A stretch of DNA of 64,000 bases from assembly GCA_963843845.1 (NCBI GenBank), contig CAWJMB010000002.1, forward strand, positions 1,152,001-1,216,000, read 5' to 3'. Shown here one piece after another: positions 20,476 through 30,750 of this stretch. The notes beneath the pieces are model-generated. The model had not been told where the DNA came from and made no database searches. It saw nothing but the letters and a program-made list of their open reading frames with translations. Every line of letters starts with the position of its first letter. Positions within the stretch are counted from its first letter, which is position 1. A program made the position numbers and the translations under genes. This DNA comes from an uncultured Gemmatimonadaceae bacterium. Lineage in GTDB: Bacteria > Gemmatimonadota > Gemmatimonadetes > Gemmatimonadales > Gemmatimonadaceae.

Positions 20476-21894
20476 CTACGGCAGCTCCGTCAGCGCGCCC
20501 TGCGCGCGGGCGAGCGAGACGCGGGCCGACTGGTAGGCGGTCAGCGCGTCGACGCGGGCCGTGCGGGCGGCATTCAGCGACAGCGCGGCGGTGATGACGT
20601 CGGCGTTGCCGGCGACGCCGGCGCGGAACCGGTCGCGCGCCTGCGACAGCTCCTGCTCGGCGAGCAGCTGCCGCTCGGTCGCGGCGCCGACCTGCTCGCG
20701 TGCCGACGACAGGTCGAGCAGCGAGCCGCGCACCTCGACGGCGGCCTGCGCGAGCAGGTCGCGGCGGCGCACGTCGAACTCGGCGGCGACGGCCTCCTGC
20801 TCCTGCTGACGCCCCTGGCGACGGAAGCCGTTGAAGATCGGGACGCCGACCTGGAGGCCGAAGTCGTAGGTGTTCAGCAAGTGCGACAGATCGAGTCCGA
20901 TGACGCCCTGATCGTAGAAGCCCGACACGGTCGGCAGGCGCTCGGCCCTGATCGCGCTGACCTGACGGCGCGCGGCGTCGAGCTGGGCGGCGGCGGCGCG
21001 CAGGTCCGGGCGGTGCGCGAGCGCGCGCGACACGGCCTCCGACTCACTCGGCGCACCCTCGGCCGACGGGAGGGCGGGGAGCGAGTCGGCGAGGCGGAGC
21101 GGCGTGTCGAGCGGCAGGTCGAGGGTGCGACGCAGCTCGAGCTCGGCGCGGTCGCTCTCGTTGCGGGCGACGATGAGCTGGGCGCGCGTCGCGGCGAGCT
21201 GCGACTGCGCGCGCGTCACGTCGAGCGCGACCCCGGTGCCGGCACGCAGCTGCTCGCGTGCGATGCCCAACAGATCGGCGGCGAGCGCGGAATCGGCGGC
21301 GCGCGCCCGATACTGCCCCTGCGCACGCAGCGCGCGCAGGTACGCGGTCGCCGCCTGCGTCGCCGCGAGCTCGGCCTGGTTCGCCGCCTCGGCGTCGCTC
21401 GCCCGCTCGAGGGACTGCGCCGCCTTGATGCGACTGAACGCGCCGAGGTCGAGCAGGTTCGCCGAGATGCGGCCGCGGAAGTCCCAGAGCTGCACGGGGC
21501 CTTCGACCTGGCCGTTCGGGTCGAACAGCGGCGGCTGTCCCGCCGTCGTCGGAAACTGGATGCCGAACGTCGCCGTGTTGAAGGTGCGGCCACTGCGGCC
21601 GGCGACCGCCTGCACCTCGGGGAGCAGCGCAGCGCGACTCTGCCGCACGCGCGCCGCCGCCTGACCGACGCGGTAGCGCGCGGCCTGGGATCCGGCGCTC
21701 CGGGTCGTGGCGAGACGAGCCGCGGCGCCGAGCGTGAGCACCGAGTCGGCGGAGACGACGCGCGGCGCGCCGGGCACCTGCGCGCCGAGGCGCGCGAGCG
21801 GGGTCGTCGGCACCGTCGCGAGGGCGAGCGAGACGACGGCGGCACGGACGGCGAGGGGGCCGGTCATCCGCGGGAACGGGGACGTCGAAGTCAT
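20476..21894 (-). CDS. TolC-family outer membrane efflux protein
   Basis: Signal peptide, ALLPEV, RPDL, PIFNG, RFRAGV, LARAQG; ATG overlaps the TetR stop. Confidence 0.9.
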   Translation of the reverse strand: MTSTSPFPRMTGPLAVRAAVVSLALATVPTTPLARLGAQVPGAPRVVSADSVLTLGAAARLATTRSAGSQAARYRVGQAAARVRQSRAALLPEVQAVAGRSGRTFNTATFGIQFPTTAGQPPLFDPNGQVEGPVQLWDFRGRISANLLDLGAFSRIKAAQSLERASDAEAANQAELAATQAATAYLRALRAQGQYRARAADSALAADLLGIAREQLRAGTGVALDVTRAQSQLAATRAQLIVARNESDRAELELRRTLDLPLDTPLRLADSLPALPSAEGAPSESEAVSRALAHRPDLRAAAAQLDAARRQVSAIRAERLPTVSGFYDQGVIGLDLSHLLNTYDFGLQVGVPIFNGFRRQGRQQEQEAVAAEFDVRRRDLLAQAAVEVRGSLLDLSSAREQVGAATERQLLAEQELSQARDRFRAGVAGNADVITAALSLNAARTARVDALTAYQSARVSLARAQGALTELP

Positions 21895-22571
21895 GAGGCG
21901 TGCGAAGCGCCGCCCGCGACGGGGAGCCCGTCGGGGCGCAGCGCGTGAAGGGCGAAGTCGCAGATCTGGTCGAAGACCTGGTCGGGCGTGAGACTGCCGA
22001 GCGCGGCGGCTGCCTGCGGCTTGCAGATCCAGAGCGCATGGCCGAGGAGCATGGAGGCCATGGTGCGCGCGACGGCGGCCGTGTCGACCGGTCGGAACTC
22101 GCCGCGCGTGATGCCGCGCTCCATGATGCTGGCGACGATGGCGCGCGACGGCACGACGACCTCGTCGAGGTAGAAGGCCATGAGCTCGGGGAAGCGGTGC
22201 AGCTCGCCGATCACGAGTCGGTAGACCGCGAGTGTCTCGGGCGTGCGCATGAAGTCCCACCAGCCGCGCATGACGCCGCAGAGTTGCTCGACGGCGGAGC
22301 GATCGTCGGGCTGGCGCGCGAGATCGCCGCGCACGGCCTCGAGGCGGGTGACGATCGTCTGGCGCACGACCTCGCGGAACAGCGCTTCCTTGGTCGGGAA
22401 GTAGAGGTAGATGGTGCCTTTCGCGATGCCGGCTCGGCGGGCGATGTCGTCGAGGCGGGCGCTGTGGAGGCCCTGCTCGTCGAAGATCGCGCGGGCGGCG
22501 TCTACGATCTGGGTGGGGCGCTCGTCGGGCGCGCGCCGCCTGGTGCTATCGGGTTCGAGTGCGGTGACCAT
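21891..22571 (-). CDS. TetR/AcrR-family regulator
   Basis: IARRAGIAKGTIYLYFPTKEALF helix-turn-helix; first gene of the efflux operon. Confidence 0.95.
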   Translation of the reverse strand: MVTALEPDSTRRRAPDERPTQIVDAARAIFDEQGLHSARLDDIARRAGIAKGTIYLYFPTKEALFREVVRQTIVTRLEAVRGDLARQPDDRSAVEQLCGVMRGWWDFMRTPETLAVYRLVIGELHRFPELMAFYLDEVVVPSRAIVASIMERGITRGEFRPVDTAAVARTMASMLLGHALWICKPQAAAALGSLTPDQVFDQICDFALHALRPDGLPVAGGASHAS

Positions 22572-22578
22572 GCGATGA

Positions 22579-22594
22579 GACTGACCGGTCAGTC
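22579..22594. promoter_or_regulatory. TetR operator 1 (perfect palindrome GACTGACCGGTCAGTC)
   Basis: Perfect 16-bp palindrome 7 nt upstream of the tetR ATG; second copy at 22634. Confidence 0.8.
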
Positions 22595-22633
22595 ACTGAG
22601 ACGACACGGAAAACGCGCCGGTCGGCGCGTTAT

Positions 22634-22649
22634 GACTGACTGGTCAGTA
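22634..22649. promoter_or_regulatory. TetR operator 2 (GACTGACTGGTCAGTA)
   Basis: 14/16 match to operator 1, abutting the predicted -10 box. Confidence 0.75.
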
Positions 22650-22676
22650 ATGTAGAGCGGTCCGCGGCGGTGTCAA
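22649..22676 (-). promoter_or_regulatory. Sigma70 promoter of the efflux operon (TTGACA-N16-TACATT)
   Basis: tgtcaa at 22671-22676 and aatgta at 22649-22654 on the + strand. Confidence 0.7.
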
Positions 22677-22748
22677 CCGCCGCGGACCGCGCTCACGCGG
22701 GCGACGCGAGCGTCATGGGCGACGCCCACGTGTCCGACCGAGCCTGCC

Positions 22749-22943
22749 TCAGCGCGGCGCTTCGGCCGCCGGTGCGCTCTCGTGCGCCTCGGCCGCATAG
22801 TGGCTGTTCGTCCACTTCACGATCACCACGACCGTGGTGAACAGAAACACCGCCGCGACGACGAGGCCTATGAACGCGGGGGCCTTGTCCGGCGTCGGCG
22901 GCGAGCCGGGCGGATGATGCGCGCCGTGGGAGTGACTAGCCAT
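22749..22943 (-). CDS. Small His-rich single-TM hypothetical protein
   Basis: 64 aa, [32 protein letters not shown]; start overlaps the cyclophilin 3' end. Confidence 0.7.
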   Translation of the reverse strand: MASHSHGAHHPPGSPPTPDKAPAFIGLVVAAVFLFTTVVVIVKWTNSHYAAEAHESAPAAEAPR

Positions 22944-23412
22944 TCGATTCGCTCTCGACGCGGACGGTGTTCATGACGTCGTTCCCGACGATCTGCTTCA
23001 CGACGTCCATGCCGTCGGTCACCTTGCCGAAGACGGTGTGGACCCCGTTCAGGTGTCGCGTGTTGCGCTCGCTCAGCACGATGAAGAACTGGCTTCCGCC
23101 CGTGTTCGCTCCGGCATGGGCCATCGACAGCGCGCCCTCTTCGTGCGTGCGCGGGTTCCCCTTCAGCTCGTCGGGGATCGTGTAGCCGGGGCCGCCGGTC
23201 CCGACGGGGCCCTTCGCGTGCTCGCCGCCCTTGGAGTACGGGTCACCCCCCTGCACGACGAACTCGGGGATGACGCGGTGGAACTTCACCCCATCGTAGT
23301 AGCCCGAGTTGGCGAGCTTCTCGAAGTTCTCGACGGTCTTCGGGGCGTCGGCGTCGTACAGCTCCGCGACGATGGTGCCGCGGTTGGTCTCGAACGTGGC
23401 GCGCTTGGTCAT
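22936..23412 (-). CDS. Cyclophilin-type peptidyl-prolyl isomerase
   Basis: [45 protein letters not shown]. Confidence 0.97.
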   Translation of the reverse strand: MTKRATFETNRGTIVAELYDADAPKTVENFEKLANSGYYDGVKFHRVIPEFVVQGGDPYSKGGEHAKGPVGTGGPGYTIPDELKGNPRTHEEGALSMAHAGANTGGSQFFIVLSERNTRHLNGVHTVFGKVTDGMDVVKQIVGNDVMNTVRVESESNG

Positions 23413-23485
23413 AGGCTCGGTTGAGTGACGCTCGCAAAGTAGCGGGGCTGTCTCGCCGCGCCGAACGCAGGCTAAGCATTCGCGC

Positions 23486-24515
23486 GTGCCGCCGCCTCTC
23501 CGCATCCTCGTCAGCCGCACGGATCGCCTCGGCGACGTCGTGCTCACGCTGCCGCTCTGCGGCCTGCTCACGGCGCGACTCGGCGCGGAGGTGATGATGC
23601 TCGTCCGCCCCTATGCGCACGACCTCGTCGCGGCGTGCGACGAGGTCCACGACATCGTGGTCTGGGACGACGCGCTCGACGACGACGCGGCCGCCGCGCG
23701 CCTCCGCGCGGCACGGGTCGACACGGTGCTCCACGTGCGCCCCGACCGGCGGGTCGCGACGGCAGCGCGGCGCGCGGGCATCCCGACGCGCGTCGGCACG
23801 AGCCATCGCCTCTATCACTGGTGGACGTGCACCCGCCTGGAACCGGTCGGCCGCCGCGGGTCCGACCGTCACGAGGCGCAGCTCGACGTCGCGCTCGCCC
23901 GCTCGCTGCTCGGCGACGCGCACCGCGACGTGCTCGCGCTCGCCCCCGACGCGCTGGCGCCGTTCGGCGCGACTGCGGCCGCGCGCCGCGCTCCCCGACG
24001 CGCTCGCGGCGCTCGTCGGGGCGGGCGACGACCGCTTCACGCTCGCCGTGCATCCGCGCTCGGGCGGCAGCGCGGCCGAGTGGCCGCTCGATCGCTGGTC
24101 GGCACTGATCGCGTCGCTCGACCCGGCGCGCGTCCGCGTGCTCGTCACCGGGTCGGCGGCCGAGCGCGCGGCGCTGGGTACGTGGCTCGACGCGCTCCCG
24201 CCGCACGCGCACGACGTGACCGGGCGCACCGAGCTCGCGACGCTGATCGCGCTGCTCGCCCGCGTCGACGGCTTCATCGCCGCGTCGACCGGCCCACTGC
24301 ACGTCGCCGCCGCGTTAGGCACCCGCACGCTCGGCCTGTTCTCGCCGAGGCGCCCGATCCACCCCGCGCGCTGGCGGCCGATCGGCCAGAACGCCGAGGT
24401 GCTCGTCGCCGACGTGCCGGCGAACGCCGCGGCGAGCGGGCCGGCGAGCGGCGACGTCGCGCGCATCGGCGTCGACGCGGTGTCAGCCGTCGTCGCGCGG
24501 TGGGTGCGTGCGTAG
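23486..24515 (+). CDS. Glycosyltransferase family 9 (heptosyltransferase-like; indel near 23970)
   Basis: [13 protein letters not shown] in one frame; [11 protein letters not shown] and [12 protein letters not shown] in the next. Confidence 0.85.
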
Positions 24516-25685
24516 CTCGTCGCGCAGCGACGCGATCGCGGCGAGCACCTCCGGGAGCGACACCTCGCGCAGCGGGCGCGGCTCGGTCATCACGACGGCG
24601 CGGTAGGGGACGCCCCACGGCCGCCAGCTCGCGCACGTCGGCGGTGAGCGGCGTGTAGAGCGAGACGACGGGCACGCCGACGGCCGACGCGAGGTGTGAG
24701 TTCGCCGTGTCTGGCGTCACGACGAGCGACGCGCGCCGCAGCAGCGCGACGAGGTCGGCGATCGGTCCGCGCGGCGCGGCCGCGATCGCCGACGCGGCGC
24801 CGTCGGCCTCGCGCACGGCGGCGACGACCGCCGCGGCGTCGGCGCCGGCGTCCGGCGGCGGCGTCAGCACGACCGTCGGCGGCGCCTGCCCCGCGCGCGG
24901 CGCGAGCAGCCCGCGCGCCAGCGCGATCGTCAGCGGAGTGCCTAACGTTCTGCGGTCGTCGGACGCCCACGCATTCAGCGCGATGATCGGTCCCGGCCCG
25001 AGCGTGTCGAGGAACGCGCCGACGCGCGCGTCGGCGTCGCGGTCACGGCGCACGTCAGCGGGCCACCGCTCGAGGCGCGGTGGCGGCACCGAGGGGGGCG
25101 GCGAATGAACTCGGCGACGAAGGTCAGCATCCGCGCCGCGATCGGCTCGCTCCGGTCGACCGGGGGCGCGTAGTGCGTGAACAGCGCGACGTACTGCGCG
25201 CGGCGGGGCAGCGAGGCGCGCACCGTGTGGCGGTCGGCGACGGCCGCCGCGAACAGCCCCTCGCGCAGGCCGCGACTCCCGATGGGACTCAGGATGAGAT
25301 CGTAGTGCCGGCGGCGCAGCGTGCGAACGATGCGCGGCCAGGTCGTGCTGCGGTGATCGTTCACGTACACGTGGCTCACGCGCGCGTCGCCGTCGAGCAG
25401 CGACGCATTGCGCGGGCTCGCCAGCACATCGACGTCGGCGTGCGGGAGCAGCGCGCGGAGGTAGGCGATCGCGGGGAGCGTGACGACCATGTCGCCGATC
25501 GCGTCGTGGCGCACGAGCAGCAGCCGGCGAACGGCGGCCGGGTCGAGCGGCGTCGGCGGCGCGTCGCTCGGGAAGAGCGCGCGGTAGAACGCGGCCAGTG
25601 CCCGGTAGTCGAAGCGCCGCAGCTTCTCGGGCGCGCTGATCGGGTTCGTCGTCGGCGGGTGCCCGGGCGGGGTCGCGTGTCTCAT
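24483..25685 (-). CDS. Second glycosyltransferase family 9 protein (indels near 25100 and 24630)
   Basis: RHDAIGDMVVTLP; TPDTANSHLASAVGVPVVSLY; C-terminal WRPWGVP...EVLAAI...DG*. Confidence 0.8.
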
Positions 25686-26321
25686 GCGATCGACGACGGG
25701 CAGACGCGCGGAGAGCGGGCAGATCTCGCAGCGCGGCCGGCGCGCGTCGCAGACGCGGCGGCCGTGAAAGATCATGAGGTGCGAGAGCATCGCCCATCGC
25801 TCGCGCGGAAAGAGCGCCATGAGCGTCCGCTCGACTCGCACCGGATCGTCGCTCTCGGCGAGCCCGAGCCGGTTGGCGACGCGCAGCACGTGCGTGTCGA
25901 CCGTGATCCCCTCGTTCTTCCCGAACGCGTTGCCGAGGACGACGTTCGCCGTCTTGCGGCCGACGCCGGGGAGCACGACGAGCGCCCGCATCGTGTCCGG
26001 CACCTCGCCGCCGTGCCGCTCGACGAGCGCGCGTGCCATCGCGATGAGGTTCTTCGCCTTGGTGCGGAAGAAGCCCGTCGTGCGCACCGTCTCCTCGACG
26101 TCCTCCTGTCGGGCCGCGGCGAGCGCGAACGCGTCGGGGTACGCGGCGAACAGCGCGGGCGTCACCATGTTGACGCGCGTGTCGGTGCACTGCGCGCTCA
26201 GGATCGTCGCGCCCAACAGCGTGAACGCGTTCGTGAACTCGAGCTCGCACGTCGCGTCCGGATACGTCGCCTCGAGGATCGCGTAGATCTGCGCCGGCTC
26301 GGCGTGGGCGCGCGGATGCAT
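25682..26321 (-). CDS. nth: Endonuclease III (one indel in the last codons)
   Basis: ILSAQCTD, LPGVGRKTANVV HhH, VDTHV, CDARRPRCEICP; the 4th Cys (VCPSSIA*) lies in the shifted frame, ending at an ATGA overlap with GT9. Confidence 0.93.
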
Positions 26322-26350
26322 TCGCGCAATGTACCGCGCGCCGGCTCGTG

Positions 26351-27286
26351 TCAGCGGGCGGTCGCGGAGGCGAGAAAGGGCAGCACGGCCGCCCAGAGCG
26401 CGTCCGGCCGCTCGACGTACGGCACGTGGCCGCTGCCATCGATGACGACGAGCCGGGCCTGCGGCATCGCGTCCGCGGCGGCCTCGCTCGACGCGAGCGG
26501 GATCGGGTCCTCGCGTCCGTGCACGACGAGCGTCGGGACATCGATGCGGCCCAACGATCCGGTGAGGTCGTAGTCGCCGAGCGACTCCCAGACCGACTGC
26601 TGTACGCGGCCGGTGACGCGGAACGGCGTGAGGTCGCGCGACGCGGCGGGGTCGGCGAAGTAGCCGGCGACGCTCAGCTCGAAGCTGCGCTGGCGGTACG
26701 CCTCCGGGTCGCGCTCGCGGAGCCCCGACGCGGCGAGCTCGGCGCGCATCGACTGCACGGCGGCGCCCTGCTGCCGGCGCGCGAAGTCGTGCTCGAAGGC
26801 GGCGCGGTGCGCGCGCGAGATCGGCGCCGGGTCGATGAACGTGAGCGACGCCGGGGCGCGCGGCGGCGAGTGCCCCGTGAAGGTGCCTAACGGCGCGCCG
26901 ACGACGGCGTTCGGCGCGGTGCCCGCCGCGTCGAGCGCATACAGCAGCGCGAGCAGCCCGCCCCACGAGTAGCCGACGAGATGCAACGGCCCCGGCGCCA
27001 GCTCGTCGGCGACCCGTGCGAGGTCATCGACCTGCGTGCGCCACGTGATGGTCGCGAGGTCGTCGCGCTTCGAGCGCCCGCCGCCGCGCTGGTCGTAGGT
27101 CAGGACGTCGTGCTCGTCGGCCAGGCGCAGCATCTGCGGCAGCAGATAGTCGTGGTGCGCGCCGGGCCCGCCGTGCAGCAGCACGACTCGATGTCCGCTC
27201 GGCGGTCCCCACGCGGCCCAGTACAGCGGGACCTCGGTCGTCGTGGTGAGACCGGACTCGCGCGGCGCGGGGATTGGTAGCGGCAT
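26351..27286 (-). CDS. Alpha/beta hydrolase, proline iminopeptidase-like
   Basis: LHGGPG, YDQRGGG, GYSWGG nucleophile elbow, HGRED, GHVP. Confidence 0.9.
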   Translation of the reverse strand: MPLPIPAPRESGLTTTTEVPLYWAAWGPPSGHRVVLLHGGPGAHHDYLLPQMLRLADEHDVLTYDQRGGGRSKRDDLATITWRTQVDDLARVADELAPGPLHLVGYSWGGLLALLYALDAAGTAPNAVVGAPLGTFTGHSPPRAPASLTFIDPAPISRAHRAAFEHDFARRQQGAAVQSMRAELAASGLRERDPEAYRQRSFELSVAGYFADPAASRDLTPFRVTGRVQQSVWESLGDYDLTGSLGRIDVPTLVVHGREDPIPLASSEAAADAMPQARLVVIDGSGHVPYVERPDALWAAVLPFLASATAR

Positions 27287-27318
27287 GAGCTGTTCACGAG
27301 GAGAGGAGGGCCGGTCGC

Positions 27319-28218
27319 CTACACGAACTGCGCCGCGACGCGGACGGTATTCACGTGGACGGCGACCGTGTCGTGCACGTCGCGTCCGTAGCCGCCGGCG
27401 ATCGTCAGGCACACGGGGAGCCCGACGTCGCGACACGCTTCCAGGACCATGGAATCGCGGCGCATGAGCCCCGCGAAGGTGAGCTTCAATCTGCCGAGCC
27501 GGTCGCCCTCGTGCGGGTCGGCGCCGGCGAGGTAGACGACGAGGTCGGGGGCGGCGTCGCGCAGCACGCGCGGGAGGTGGGTGCCCAACAGCTCCAGGTA
27601 CGCGTCGTCGCCGGTCCCGTCGTCGAGCTCGACGTCGAGGGTGCCGGAGACCTTGTGGAAGGGGAAGTTCTTCGCCCCGTGCATGCTGAACGTGTACACG
27701 CTCGCGTCGCCCGCGAAGCAGCCGTGCGTGCCGTTGCCCTGATGCACGTCGAGGTCGACGACGCAGGCGCGGCGCAGGTGCCCGGCGCGCTGCAGGCGAC
27801 GGATCGCGACGGCGACGTCGTTGAACGTGCAGAACCCTTCGCCGTGGTCGGGGAACGCGTGGTGGGTGCCGCCGGCGAGGTTCATCGCCACGCCGTGCAC
27901 GAGCGCCGCCTCCGCCGCCTCGCACGTGCCGCGCACGACGCGGTACGCGCGCTCCACGAACCGCTCGCTCCACGGCAGACCGATGCGCCGCTGCTCCGCC
28001 GCCGTCAGCGTGCCGAGCGTCACCGCGTCGACGTAGCGCGGCGTGTGGACGAGCAGCAGCTCCTCACGCGCCGCGCGCCCCGGGTCGTGCAACCGCTCCG
28101 GGGCGATCAACCCCGCGGCGAGGACGGCGTCGCGCAGCAGGGCGTACTTCGGCATCGGGAAGCGATGCCCGTCGGGAAGGGGGATGGCGTACGCGGCGCT
28201 CGACCAGAGGTGGAGCAC
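27319..28218 (-). CDS. Histone-deacetylase-family protein
   Basis: HRFPMPKY, GGTHHA, GFCTFND, DLDVHQGNGT, AGAD, GGGY-like AGGY. Confidence 0.95.
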   Translation of the reverse strand: MLHLWSSAAYAIPLPDGHRFPMPKYALLRDAVLAAGLIAPERLHDPGRAAREELLLVHTPRYVDAVTLGTLTAAEQRRIGLPWSERFVERAYRVVRGTCEAAEAALVHGVAMNLAGGTHHAFPDHGEGFCTFNDVAVAIRRLQRAGHLRRACVVDLDVHQGNGTHGCFAGDASVYTFSMHGAKNFPFHKVSGTLDVELDDGTGDDAYLELLGTHLPRVLRDAAPDLVVYLAGADPHEGDRLGRLKLTFAGLMRRDSMVLEACRDVGLPVCLTIAGGYGRDVHDTVAVHVNTVRVAAQFV

Positions 28219-28249
28219 GGGGGAAGCGCCGGGGATCGGGATCGGGTGG

Positions 28250-29228
28250 CTACCGAAGCCCGATCCCCGGTCCCCGATCCGCGGCTTCCGCCGCGCGCGC
28301 GACGTACCGCAGCCCCGCCACCAGCAGCAGTGCCGCAGCGAAGAACGCGACGACCGACGGCCAGAAGATCGACGGCGTGCGCGACCACGTCGCGAGCGTC
28401 CCCTCGGAGACGTCGGGGCCTGCGCTGCCGCCGATCAGGAGCGTGCCGTTGTAGACGGCGTGCAGCAGCACGCCCGGCCAGATGGAGCGTGTGCTCCACG
28501 CCGCGTAGCCGGCGGCGAGGCCGAACACGAGCCGGATCGGGAAGCCGAACAGCTGCCCGTGCACGGCGGCGAACAGCGTCGCCGAGAGGAGGATCGCGGC
28601 GAACGGCGCGAGGCGCAGCTCGAGGCGGCGCTGCAGCCAGCCGCGGAAGAGGAACTCCTCGAGCAGGGGCGCGACGAACGAGGCGAGTGCGACGACGGCG
28701 AACAGGCCGAACGGAAGCGTCAGGTAGCGCTGCAGCGGGTCGTCCGTGTCCGGCGGGACGGGGACGAAGCGCGGCATGATGATGAGCGACGTGACCACGC
28801 ACACCAGCAGCGGCACGGCGACGAGCGGCAGCCGCGGCGTCACGCCGCGCGGGATCGGGCGCAGGCGGAACGTGTCGCGTCGGTACGCTCGCCTGCGGCC
28901 CGCCGCGCCAGACGAAGCGCCAGAGAAAGGCGAGCCCGACGCCGATCGCCCATACGGTGCCGAGCAGCGGCGGAAGCAACGGGCGATACGTCGCGGCGCT
29001 CAGGTCGAGCCCGCGCGGCAGGAGCGGCACGGTCTGGACGACGCTCCAGCACAGCAGCGCGCCGATCGCGCGACCGAGGCCCGGACGCGACGCCGACTCG
29101 TCGGCCGTGTCGGTCACCGGCGGACGCGCCGGGTCGCCAGGGTCGCCCGGATCGCCCGGCCCGCCGGTCCCGGCGCGCGGTGCATCACCTGACGGCATCC
29201 GCTCCGGCATGACGATGAAGTCGAGCAT
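28250..29228 (-). CDS. CPBP (CAAX/Abi) intramembrane glutamic protease (indel near 28880)
   Basis: APLLEEFLFRG, FAAVH and HAVYN motifs; N-terminal TMs lie in another frame. Start uncertain. Confidence 0.8.
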
Positions 29229-29254
29229 GCCACCGCGCTCCGGCGTCGGCGCAC

Positions 29255-30619
29255 TCACTCGCCGCGCCGGGTCAGCGTGACGGTGAGCGTGACCCGCTCC
29301 GGCGTCGTCGCGCCGGACGCGGTGCGCATCACGACGACGGCAACGACGTCGCCCGGTCTGTGCGCGTTCAGCGCGTCGGTGTACGTGTACAGGTCGGTGA
29401 TCTTCGCGCCCCCGAACTCGACGACGACGTCGCCGGCCTTGAGCGCCGCCGCGGTCGGCCGGGCTGCCCGGCGTGACGCCGCTCAGCCGCAGTCCGCTCC
29501 CCGCGTCGGCGCCCATGTCGGGGATGCTGCCGAAATACGGGCGCGGGCCGGCCGTCGGGTCGCCCGCCATGCGCTGCGTCGGCGGGGGCGCGCGTGGAAC
29601 GTGAGCCGCGTCGGGCGGTCGGCCGATGCGGCGCGCGACGGCGAGCGCGAGGTCGACGACCCGCGCCTCCCCGGCAGCGTCGATCTTGTCGACGTCGTCG
29701 GTGGCCGCGTGGTAGTCGGGGTGCACGTCGGTGAAGAAGTGCAGCACCGGGACATCCTTCAGATAGAAGGGCGCGTGGTCCGACGGCCCGACTCCGTCGC
29801 CTGACGTCTTCACGCCGAGCGCCGGGGCCGGCGCGCCGACCGTGTTCGACGAGTCGACGATCCCCGGCAGCTCGCTCGCGGTCGCGACGCCGTAGACGAT
29901 GACGCGGTCGTTCGTGAGGCGCCCGACCATGTCGAAGTTCGAGCATCGCGACGACGCTGTCGAGCGGCACGGGCGGATGGTCGACGAACCACTGCGAGCC
30001 GAGCGTACCTTCTTCCTCGCCGCTGAACGCGACGACGACGACGGAGCGGGCGAGCGGGCGCGCCGCGATGAGCCGCGCCATCTCGAGGATCGCGGCGGTC
30101 CCCGACGCGTTGTCGTCGGCGCCGTTGTGGATCGCGCGTCCGGCGCCCGCATCGGTGGCGAGCATCGAGCCCATCCCGAGATGATCGTAGTGCGCGCCCA
30201 ACACGACGTACTGCCCGCGGAGCTTCGGGTCGCGCCCCGGGATCATCGCGACGACGTTGCGCGTCTCGACCTGCGACGGCAGCCCGGCGTGTGTCACCCC
30301 GGGTCCGCGCGCCGTGAACGGCTGCTCGTAGCCCCCGCCGAGCGGACGGAGGCCGAGTGCGCGCACGCGCCGCACGAGGTAGGCAGCGGCCGAGTCGTTT
30401 CCGGGTGTTCCCGTGAGTCGCCCCTCGAGTCGGTCGGACGCGAGATACGCGACGTCGGCACGGATCGGGCCGTCGGCACTGCTCGGCGCGCTCGGCGCGA
30501 TCGGCGCGCGTCGGCGCGGCGCGTGAGGCCGCCGAACGCTGAGCGCCCGCCGTCAGCGGAAGAAGGCACAGGCCGGTCGCGGCGAGCGCGCGGCGAACAG
30601 AGAGCGTCAGCACAGGCAT
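29255..30619 (-). CDS. M28 aminopeptidase with C-terminal PDZ domain (several indels)
   Basis: [47 protein letters not shown]..; signal peptide from ATG 30619. Confidence 0.85.
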
Positions 30620-30750
30620 ACGGAAGAGCGCGAGGCGCGCAGCGTTGCGCGGCGGTGGGATGTGCGTCGTCAAGTTAACGAACGGTCCGACCTCGAAGAT
30701 GTCGCGGCGTCCGATTCAGCCGCCGCCGCCGCCCTCCGATACTCGATCGC

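Noticed and set aside
24975..26321. Apparent Nth-GT9 fusion in one ORF
   Set aside because: Removing one base near 25705 restores the fourth Fe-S Cys and a stop (VCPSSIA*) with an ATGA overlap onto the GT9 start, so the fusion is an indel artefact.
28250..29228. CPBP/'Abi' gene or HEAT/HD genes as phage defence
   Set aside because: Housekeeping-like context with no defence-island markers.
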